From IMG/VR virus record IMGVR_UViG_3300007722_000012, positions 1,484 to 65,483 of that record: 64,000 nucleotides of DNA, one strand, 5' to 3'. Below, piece by piece: positions 1-6,580 of this stretch. The stretch is from a virus (taxonomy: Duplodnaviria; Caudoviricetes). Position 1 is the stretch's first letter. Every line of letters starts with the position of its first letter. The notes beneath the pieces are model-generated. The model did not search any database and was not told the origin of the DNA. It saw nothing but the letters and a program-made list of their open reading frames with translations. The position numbers were made by a program, and so were the translations under genes.

Positions 1-39
1 GTGGCTCATCCTGGATAATGTAATCTATCCGCTGCTCTC

Positions 40-117
40 TGGTGGATGATCTGAGAGTCGAACTCAGAATCTGAATATTTTGAGTATTCAAGGTATACCA
101 ATTCCCTTCAATCATCC
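40..117 (-). tRNA. tRNA-Leu(CAA), short variable loop
   Basis: Cloverleaf GGATGAT...ATCATCC-ACCA; anticodon arm GAATA-CTCAAAA-TATTC; T-loop GTTCGAC. Confidence 0.88.
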
Positions 118-156
118 GCGTATAAAAATTCCCAAAGTTTAAGTCTCCGTAAAAGT

Positions 157-240
157 CGTAAGACGCATTAATTCATTATGCTTGCTACCAGCAATTCCTA
201 TATGGTCATTGCCCTGGACGTGAACCAGGTTATTCTTACA
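157..240 (-). ncRNA. Circularly permuted tRNA-like RNA candidate
   Basis: TGTAAGA/TCTTACG closing stem; T-arm CCTGG-TTCACGT-CCAGG precedes a GCAAT...ATTGC acceptor-like hairpin that contains ACCA. Confidence 0.35.
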
Positions 241-245
241 AAATT

Positions 246-366
246 TGGCGCCCCTAAGGGGAATTTAACTCCTCTGCCTCCGGCTTCAAATCCGGCTAAC
301 AATAAATGCAATACTAACTAAACCCGCTAACGCAGATCAGATTTCTATGCACTTCCAATCAAGGGC
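246..366 (-). ncRNA. tRNA-like RNA with greatly enlarged D-region
   Basis: Acceptor GCCCTTG/TAGGGGC-G-CCA, T-arm-like AGGAG-TTAAATT-CCCCT, hairpin CCGG-ATTTGAAG-CCGG; 121 nt. Confidence 0.5.
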
Positions 367-372
367 AAAACT

Positions 373-451
373 TGGCGGAGATGATGGGTAACGATCCCAC
401 CTGATAGCTTGCGTGACAGGCAAGTGACCACACCATGCAGTCCCCATCTCC
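373..451 (-). tRNA. tRNA-Asp(GTC)
   Basis: Anticodon arm CTTGC-CTGTCAC-GCAAG; acceptor GGAGATG/CATCTCC-GCCA. Confidence 0.88.
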
Positions 452-746
452 TTAAAAACTTTAGGTTACTACTATTTTTTACTACTCCGATCAAGGAGCG
501 TTTGATCAATAGGTTCACCAAGGTGTAGATAACATAGAGCTGATTAGTGCCTGCTTCTCTCGACCTAAAAATATACCATCTGCAGCATTGCTCCAAACAG
601 TTGTGTGAGTGGTCCGTATGCATGGGGGCTTTTACCCCGCATTTTCTTCTAGGCTTTCGACCCAGACACCGTTGATCACGGTAAGGAACACCTAGGGACC
701 ATGATGTTCGGCGCTTACTATTTTGGGTGATCAGCCCAATCAATTT

Positions 747-832
747 TGGTGGAGAGGATTGGATTTGAACCAATGTGCTTTTTACAGAACGGATTTACAG
801 TCCGTCGCCTTCAACCGCTCGGCCACCTCTCC
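747..832 (-). tRNA. tRNA-Tyr(GTA)
   Basis: ACGGA-CTGTAAA-TCCGT arm, long variable arm, encoded CCA. Confidence 0.92.
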
Positions 833-908
833 AATGTGCTATCAATTATCAAGATGTTTTGATTTTGGGCTAATCTCTTGAACCCTTTTAGCAGGGTAAC
901 GCTTAACT

Positions 909-1008
909 TGGCCCTCAGTATGGAATCGAACCATCGGCTTGATTTTACTCGGCAGCATTAGGTCCTTAACCATGAGCCGAATCAGTTCTACCACTGAACT
1001 ACTGGGGA
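909..1008 (-). ncRNA. tRNA-like RNA with extended anticodon arm (Asn-like body)
   Basis: TCCCCAG-TAGTTCAGTGGTAGAAC D-arm and GGTTCGATTCC T-arm flank a ~45-nt nested hairpin. Confidence 0.55.
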
Positions 1009-1013
1009 TAAAC

Positions 1014-1091
1014 TGGAACACTCGATCCGATTCGCACGGATGGTTTTTCTGCTTTGCAGGCAGGTGCGTTGGGCTTCTCCGCCACGAGTGC
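1014..1091 (-). tRNA. tRNA-Cys(GCA)
   Basis: CTGC-CTGCAAA-GCAG arm; acceptor GCACTCG/CGAGTGT-TCCA. Confidence 0.85.
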
Positions 1092-1098
1092 ATAAATT

Positions 1099-1150
1099 TG
1101 GTGGGTGCAGATGGATTCGAACTAAAACAGGAATCGAACCTGCACAACCT
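1099..1150 (-). pseudogene. Fused tRNA 3' fragments
   Basis: Two TTCGA T-loop remnants and ...GCACCCACCA, with no D or anticodon arm. Confidence 0.5.
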
Positions 1151-1426
1151 AACCCTATAAGTCAAGCCGTCTCCACTACGTCGGCTGCCGCCTTTGTGTT
1201 TTTAAATATAACCACGCAATACTGGCCAAGGAAATTTCCATGTATCACATTGTTATATTGAAGAACACTATAGGAACCTAGCGGTTGTTCACAACCGATC
1301 CCCGCCTACTACCGAATGTAGCTTCAGACGATAATGTACTTCAATATAACCCCTTGCACACAATGCTATCACAGCAGGTGGATCCGCAGCCCTCTGCTGC
1401 CCCCGAAATTTATTTATGCCATTGGA

Positions 1427-1504
1427 TGGTGCCCTCGGCTGGATTCGAACCTGCACGACCTTCGTTCTAAGCGAAGTACCTCATACCAATTGGGTTACGA
1501 GGGC
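1427..1504 (-). tRNA. tRNA-Leu(TAG), short variable loop
   Basis: CTTCG-CTTAGAA-CGAAG arm; GCCCTCG/CGAGGGC-ACCA. Confidence 0.88.
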
Positions 1505-1508
1505 GAAA

Positions 1509-1583
1509 TGGTACTGCGTATGGGTAACGATCCCATCTATCCAGGTTGAAAGCCTGGTGACCTCACCTGAAGTCGAACGCAGT
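1509..1583 (-). tRNA. tRNA-Glu(TTC)
   Basis: CCAGG-CTTTCAA-CCTGG arm; ACTGCGT/ACGCAGT-ACCA. Confidence 0.88.
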
Positions 1584-1593
1584 GAAAAAACTT

Positions 1594-1661
1594 TGGGGTA
1601 ACGTACGAGAGTTGAACTCGTACTAACAGAATCTGTGGTGCTGCCGCTACACTAACGTCAC
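1594..1661 (-). pseudogene. tRNA-His-like gene lacking the anticodon loop
   Basis: Acceptor GTGACGT/ACGTTAC with C discriminator and CCA; D and T arms intact; anticodon arm reduced to ACAGATTCTGT. Confidence 0.7.
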
Positions 1662-1683
1662 ACTAAAGTTCTCTAAAAATTGT

Positions 1684-1775
1684 TGGCTCCCCAGAGAGGC
1701 TTTGAACCTCCATAACGGCTAGGCCGCATACACTTGATTAACAGTCAAGCCTCTTACCAGTTAGAGTACCGGGGA
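1684..1775 (-). tRNA. tRNA-Asn(GTT) with long variable arm
   Basis: CTTGA-CTGTTAA-TCAAG arm; variable hairpin GCGGC-CTA-GCCGT. Confidence 0.85.
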
Positions 1776-1783
1776 ATAAAATA

Positions 1784-1861
1784 TGGTCTCCGATACTGGA
1801 TTCAAACCAGTGTTATTCTTCGTCCCAAACGAAGTGCCACATCAGACTAGGCGAATCGGAG
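1784..1861 (-). tRNA. tRNA-Pro(TGG)
   Basis: CTTCG-TTTGGGA-CGAAG arm; CTCCGAT/ATCGGAG-ACCA. Confidence 0.88.
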
Positions 1862-1866
1862 AAATT

Positions 1867-1942
1867 TGGTACCTGGTGTGAGATTCGAACCCACTATCTA
1901 TCGATTATCGGTCGATTGCATGGCCATATATGCTCCCCAGGC
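1867..1942 (-). tRNA. tRNA-Ile(GAT)
   Basis: ATCGA-CCGATAA-TCGAT arm; T-loop GTTCGAAT; CCA. Confidence 0.85.
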
Positions 1943-1953
1943 GTATCCATACC

Positions 1954-2103
1954 CTTCGGCTATTTGACGAGAGCGAATCATTGTCTTTTTACCCGAGAGT
2001 TTCGCTGTATTTCAACAGCTCATCAGTGGAATTGGTGAACCCGTTTCTCAGCCGGTTCGGAGTCACGCGGGTACTAGTGACGCTATTCTCGTTAATGCCG
2101 AAG
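1954..2103 (-). ncRNA. Structured RNA containing a hammerhead ribozyme core
   Basis: CTGATGA-GCTGT(TGAAAT)ACAGC-GAAAC enclosed by CTTCGGC/GCCGAAG and ACGAG/CTCGT stems. Confidence 0.55.
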
Positions 2104-2110
2104 CATGTTT

Positions 2111-2194
2111 TGGTGGTCCCGCGTGGTAACGCACCACTTGCTACTTCCAATCTTTAAGCAAAAGTTTTACAGACTTCCGACTGGGGACAGGACC
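2111..2194 (-). ncRNA. D-armless tRNA-like RNA, GTA anticodon
   Basis: Acceptor GGTCCTG/CGGGACC-ACCA; GAAGT-CTGTAAA-ACTTT arm; long variable region; T-arm GTGG/CCAC; no D stem. Confidence 0.65.
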
Positions 2195-2202
2195 TAAATT
2201 TT

Positions 2203-2335
2203 CTATTCTAAATAACTCTGTGGGACTCGAACCCAAGATAATGCCCTCCCTTCATCGGCCTGCCTGACAACGGACTAGTATTGGTGTCAGGCTATCGGTG
2301 TTCCGACTGTAGCATCTCAAAGTTATTTAGAATAG
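2203..2335 (-). ncRNA. Inverted-repeat-closed structured RNA with T-arm
   Basis: Perfect 15-bp IR (2203-2217/2321-2335); internal GCCTGACA/TGTCAGGC hairpin; TGGG-TTCGAGT-CCCA. Confidence 0.55.
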
Positions 2336-2336
2336 T

Positions 2337-2430
2337 CACTATTCTAGAACACACTATCTTCAACCTGCGTTTCTCACAATGCGCGATGCGGATCGTGTCC
2401 GCGCCGGCGACAATGTGTTCTAGAATAGTG
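2337..2430. repeat. 17-bp perfect inverted repeat enclosing a GC-rich 60-nt segment
   Basis: cactattctagaacaca (2337-2353) / tgtgttctagaatagtg (2414-2430). Confidence 0.8.
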
Positions 2431-2618
2431 TGATCTGATCTTTCACAGACCCACACTATGTTAGGGTTGTTACCCTAACCCGGATTTTTAGCTTCAGAAA
2501 AGAAGTTCCATCCTCGGAGCCGCCCATTTACGATGTTATAGTGTTCGTTCAGCTCGCGTTGCTGATTCACTTTGTTAGGTTTAGTTAAAATTCGTTCGTT
2601 TCATAAAATCCTTCGTTC

Positions 2619-2655
2619 AAAAAAAAATCCCAGTACCTTTGGGTTACCGGGATTT
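2619..2655 (-). terminator. Rho-independent terminator (attenuator) upstream of the tRNA cluster
   Basis: AAATCCCGGTAACC-CAAA-GGTACTGGGA followed by T9. Confidence 0.8.
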
Positions 2656-2676
2656 GAAAATGATCGTTAAATCTAT

Positions 2677-2823
2677 TCAAATACCCGGAACCCCGGTTGT
2701 ATATTCGTGTGCATTGAGCGTAATCTGCGGCGACACAGTAATCAGCTCAGAGCCGACCATATCAAAACTCGGACGGCATATAGCCAACCATAAGTTCTGT
2801 CTGTGTTTCGAGTTAGTTTTCAT
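2677..2823 (-). CDS. 48-aa putative attenuator leader peptide
   Basis: Translated by hand: MKTNSKHRQNLWLAICRPSFDMVGSELITVSPQITLNAHEYTTGVPGI*. Lies downstream of TATAAATA; its stop codon is in the antiterminator strand; SD is weak. Confidence 0.6.
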   Translation of the reverse strand: MKTNSKHRQNLWLAICRPSFDMVGSELITVSPQITLNAHEYTTGVPGI

Positions 2824-2855
2824 ACGTTTCTATCTAAAATTTCTTTGTTACTATC

Positions 2856-2863
2856 TATTTATA
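2856..2863 (-). promoter_or_regulatory. T4-type late promoter TATAAATA
   Basis: Exact gp55 consensus. Further minus-strand copies at 3301, 14080, 28043, 44496, 45563, 46946, 48063, 49747 and 52300; plus-strand copies at 25922, 39610 and 41979. Confidence 0.75.
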
Positions 2864-2890
2864 CATCTAAAAATCGGGTTTTCAAAAACC

Positions 2891-2991
2891 GTTTGAAGGA
2901 TACACTGGGGTTGCTGGTGCCGGGCGACTATTCCAGTGATTTTGAACTTACGGATACTTAAACCCGGGTTACAGACCTTTATCCTTCAAAC
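2891..2991. repeat. 12-bp inverted repeat enclosing a non-coding segment
   Basis: gtttgaaggata / tatccttcaaac. Confidence 0.7.
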
Positions 2992-3010
2992 AATTTTCAT
3001 TTCATAAGCT

Positions 3011-3040
3011 ATTATATCACGACTTTCAATAAAAGTAAAA
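3011..3040 (-). promoter_or_regulatory. Early (sigma70-like) promoter
   Basis: TTTTAC-N18-TATAAT with the shared TTTACTTTTATT motif. Confidence 0.7.
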
Positions 3041-3051
3041 TAAACTTTCAA

Positions 3052-3123
3052 TCATATGAAATACGATTTCCATTGGTTATCCTTGCGGATTGCCCAAGCG
3101 GCAGCGAGTCGTATTTCATATGA
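3052..3123. repeat. 15-bp inverted repeat hairpin
   Basis: tcatatgaaatacga / tcgtatttcatatga. Confidence 0.75.
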
Positions 3124-3152
3124 CGGCCGCCATGCGGCTCGTCGCGCCTACT

Positions 3153-3290
3153 TTACTTAAAGTAAGATGCGCCAAATTTAGCTAGTTCATCTTCGATCAG
3201 CTCATCCATATCCTCTTCGTCGATACCTTGGGCGTGAGCTGCCGCGATAATTTCAGCAACTTTTTCTTCAATCTGGTCGTCTGTCTACAT
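3153..3290 (-). pseudogene. Small acidic ORF with TAG at codon 2
   Basis: SD AAGGA, then ATG TAG ACA GAC GAC CAG..., open for 43 more codons to TAA. Confidence 0.55.
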
Positions 3291-3330
3291 TTAGTTTCCT
3301 TATTTATAACACTTTGGTTGGTAAGAATTT

Positions 3331-3360
3331 ATTATAACACAAACTATAATAAAAGTAAAC
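3331..3360 (-). promoter_or_regulatory. T4-like early promoter GTTTAC-N18-TATAAT
   Basis: GTTTACTTTTATTATAGTTTGTGTTATAAT; near-identical copies at 19389-19418 and 21588-21617. Confidence 0.8.
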
Positions 3361-3496
3361 TAGTACAACTTCTTCTCTAACTTCCACTTGAGTTGGGCAG
3401 CTGCCAACTCGACTTTTGTAAGTGAGTGCCAGCCGATGCAATTTCCCGTGGGACTGAGTTTGCACCAGCATGAACCGTTCTTGATTTTTGGTTTCA

Positions 3497-3862
3497 TCAG
3501 TGAAGAAATCTTGGTGGGTCTGTAGGATCCGATTCATCATCTTCTGCCAGATCTGAAAGCTTGAATGATTCGGCGTCGATTGTATCACCTGTGTTGGGAT
3601 CTATCACAAAGACGCTATCACTAACAGCTCCAAAAAGCGCCGCTAGAGAACGAGCTGCGTCCATGGCGACTTCAAAACGATCGGTTCCAGAGTATGGAAG
3701 ATTGATACTTACATTTAGTTCTTGATCGGTACCTGTACGATCTACTCCATCATCTAGAAAGAAACCTATATTACAGACGTATTCATCTTTGAGTTTCCAT
3801 AGAGAAATAACAGGGTACCCAGAAATACCAAACGAATTCCAGTTTGGAATTGTATCTACCAT
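3497..3862 (-). CDS. Hypothetical protein (acidic)
   Basis: 121-aa ORF packed in the operon. Confidence 0.7.
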   Translation of the reverse strand: MVDTIPNWNSFGISGYPVISLWKLKDEYVCNIGFFLDDGVDRTGTDQELNVSINLPYSGTDRFEVAMDAARSLAALFGAVSDSVFVIDPNTGDTIDAESFKLSDLAEDDESDPTDPPRFLH

Positions 3863-3863
3863 A

Positions 3864-5135
3864 TTAGATCTTTACGACCATCGGAATATCTAGAGCGTAA
3901 TCAAACCCGGCCGGTGTATAGTTGTAATCGGCGCATTCTGCTAGAATAAGACTCCGAACCTCACCATCAAACGACACGAAGACTAGTTTTGGGGGAATTT
4001 CCGCTTCAACAAAATGTTTAAAAATTTCATTTTTCATTTTAGTTCCTTTTGATATAAGATGCATTAGCCGACTTTGTTCCCAAAACATATCCAGAGAAAT
4101 ATCGGCGTGATTAATGATACCAGAAAGTTTATTATCAAGCATCAGTTCTAAAACAGCGACACCCGAGCCAGCTGTCGTTGATTGAATCGCGGATAAACCG
4201 GCGGTGCCCACATAGTGAGCCGAGAAAGATTTTCTAACATATCTGCCGGTACCGTCGACACCCTTGGCTTCGGCATAAACGACTATCACGTCATCGGTAT
4301 TGAATGGGAACACCCTTAGAAATTCTGCCTTAATATCTTTAAATATACCGCTATTTCTCGAAACAGCATTGAGAATATAGTTATAGTGAGTTGGATAACG
4401 AAGAGTTTTATAGGCAACGTTTGCAACATGTTTTAGTTCTTTAACTAGAGAACCAATACCACCCGAGGTGTATGCTGCTTCATATTGTATACCATCAGCA
4501 TAAACTGTTTCCAATCCCGTAAGTGGAGCATACGTTTTTTCAATACCATGGGCGCGAACTCGGCAAGGACGAATGAACTCATTGACTAGACCATCAACGG
4601 ACCATGATAGATTATATAGTTTAGCGCCTGCACCGTTTACGTTGCGGGGAAGTGCTCCAACGCTAATCATTAGATTGGAACACACGCCTGGCATTAGATC
4701 GGTACCGATAATATCCTTAACGAGCTTGTGACCCAAATAGTTAATGAAACCTGGCGCGAGACCGCATTTCACTGCGCAAGTTAAACCGCTATCCTTATAG
4801 ATAGTCTGAACAGTATCGGCGACAACATCATCTTCTGTGAAATCGATATAGTGACAATTAGCGGCGACTGCGGCGCATGCAATAGTTTCATTATAGTTAA
4901 ATGGGAGTGCGACAATAACATGAGTCGCGCCAACACTGACCAGCTTTTCAGTGATCTGAGCTGTGGTCATAGTATCAAAATCTATTGCGTGTTCAGGAAT
5001 CAGAGATAGTTTATCCCAAGTCTGAAATCTAGTTATAGCAGCAGCACCATCTTTTTCAAAAAAGAGGTCGTAGATAAATTTTCTGCAAGCAGAACCGATT
5101 TGACCAGAACCAAAAATAATAATTTTAGTATTCAT
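3864..5135 (-). CDS. Saccharopine dehydrogenase/lysine 6-dehydrogenase-like NAD(P) oxidoreductase; the last 57 aa (3864-4037) are probably a separate gene
   Basis: GSGQIG Rossmann motif; CGLAPG, VGALP and SWSVDGLVNE motifs; internal SD+ATG at 4037. Confidence 0.8.
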   Translation of the reverse strand: MNTKIIIFGSGQIGSACRKFIYDLFFEKDGAAAITRFQTWDKLSLIPEHAIDFDTMTTAQITEKLVSVGATHVIVALPFNYNETIACAAVAANCHYIDFTEDDVVADTVQTIYKDSGLTCAVKCGLAPGFINYLGHKLVKDIIGTDLMPGVCSNLMISVGALPRNVNGAGAKLYNLSWSVDGLVNEFIRPCRVRAHGIEKTYAPLTGLETVYADGIQYEAAYTSGGIGSLVKELKHVANVAYKTLRYPTHYNYILNAVSRNSGIFKDIKAEFLRVFPFNTDDVIVVYAEAKGVDGTGRYVRKSFSAHYVGTAGLSAIQSTTAGSGVAVLELMLDNKLSGIINHADISLDMFWEQSRLMHLISKGTKMKNEIFKHFVEAEIPPKLVFVSFDGEVRSLILAECADYNYTPAGFDYALDIPMVVKI

Positions 5136-5159
5136 ATTAGTTTCCAAAATATTATTTAT

Positions 5160-6536
5160 TTATGACATTTTAAAACCATTGAACTTGGATGTAGCAACTG
5201 AAGCAAGTCGTTGTGGCATTACAGCTGATACTGCAGGTTTAGATAGAGTTTGAGCAGATGCTTCAAGCGGATAAAACGTCATTTTAGTCTTATCTAAACC
5301 GCAGACAAACTTATCAAGCCCACCATATCGATTTTTCAACATCTTAATAATTACTTGGTTCATCGCGTTCAACTCTTCTGTGGCTATAATAGCGAATGCC
5401 ATATCGAGACTCATGATCAATCCAATAGAATCCGCAGTATCCGTTAGCGATACATCCGAATTATCGAAGCCGCCTCGGTTCAATTGATGACCCGTAAGCA
5501 CGGGAATATCATTCTCGATAGCCAATGAACGAAGTTCTTCGGCGATAGTTTTAATGAAGGTGTTGGTGTTGGTACTTCCACCCATCTTTATTCTAGCCGA
5601 TGAGCAGATTCCGAGATAATCGATGATAAGCAAGTCTGGAATAAAATTCTGTTTAGTTTTTAACTCATCAAGCAAACCCCGAAAGTGGCTAGAATGAGCA
5701 GCACCAGTAGGATATTCCTTAACATACAACTTACCGTGAGTTTTAGCCGAGATATTTTCGATCTTTGACATATAACTCTCTTTTTTCATACCCTTGATAG
5801 AATCAAGTTGTATGTTCATTAGATTTGCGTCCACACGTTCGGAAATACGGATTTCTGACATCTCCATAGTGATATACAGAACGTTCTTACCTATCTTTAA
5901 CGCATGCGCCGCAGTATTCGTCATAAAGATTGACTTACCACCACCCGACTGGGCGCCGACAGAGGTAAGAGTTTTCTTACCCATACCGCCCTTTGTAATA
6001 CCATCGAGTTCTAGAATACCGAACGAGATTTTATCTTCCTTCATGGTGTATTGATTGAAACGAGAATCTGCATCGCCAAGATAGTTATGCCCAACGCTAG
6101 AGTCGAAGTTAACGGAAATCGCCTCCTGAAGTAGTTTTGGGATAGCATCTTCAGTAAGAATAGATTTCCCGTCGAGAATCATGATGGATTCCATGATCCC
6201 TAGATATACAGAGCGTTTTTTGCAGAACTCCTCGGCGGCTGGTAACAACCAATCTATATCAGTCTGGGTGCTCGAAAATGCCGAAACCTTCTCATATGCG
6301 GTATCAATCTCGGTGTCGGATAATTCTTTATTAGATTTTAGTTCCAGGTTTAAAATTTCTTTTGTGATAGCCCGATTGTGCTTATTAAAGAAGTCCGAGA
6401 CTATCGTGAGAATAGTTGCTTCAGCTTTGTCTTGAAAATATTCTGGCTTTAGAAAAGGAATTACGATCCTACTAAATGTTTCATTTATTAGCAGATTTGC
6501 TAAAATTGTCCCCTCGATCTTCACTGTCATATTCAC
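5160..6536 (-). CDS. 41: Replicative DNA helicase (T4 gp41)
   Basis: Walker A AQSGGGKS; YITMEMSE, KEYPTG, IIDYLGI, QLNR, KNRYG. Confidence 0.95.
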   Translation of the reverse strand: MNMTVKIEGTILANLLINETFSRIVIPFLKPEYFQDKAEATILTIVSDFFNKHNRAITKEILNLELKSNKELSDTEIDTAYEKVSAFSSTQTDIDWLLPAAEEFCKKRSVYLGIMESIMILDGKSILTEDAIPKLLQEAISVNFDSSVGHNYLGDADSRFNQYTMKEDKISFGILELDGITKGGMGKKTLTSVGAQSGGGKSIFMTNTAAHALKIGKNVLYITMEMSEIRISERVDANLMNIQLDSIKGMKKESYMSKIENISAKTHGKLYVKEYPTGAAHSSHFRGLLDELKTKQNFIPDLLIIDYLGICSSARIKMGGSTNTNTFIKTIAEELRSLAIENDIPVLTGHQLNRGGFDNSDVSLTDTADSIGLIMSLDMAFAIIATEELNAMNQVIIKMLKNRYGGLDKFVCGLDKTKMTFYPLEASAQTLSKPAVSAVMPQRLASVATSKFNGFKMS

Positions 6537-6580
6537 CCTGTTTATCCATTATACACCGCACTTAATAAAGATGAAATAAT

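Noticed and set aside
345-2896. ORF-track ORFs across the tRNA region
   Set aside because: They overlap tRNAs or structured RNAs and have no protein motifs.
1-3150. CRISPR array or tmRNA in the non-coding region
   Set aside because: The repeats are inverted and non-identical, with no regular repeat-spacer pattern. No tmRNA ends or tag frame were recognised.
3864-4100. Fusion of the dehydrogenase to a C-terminal domain
   Set aside because: Adding one T in a T-run ends the enzyme at ...YIKRN*, just before an SD+ATG at 4037, so these are probably two genes.
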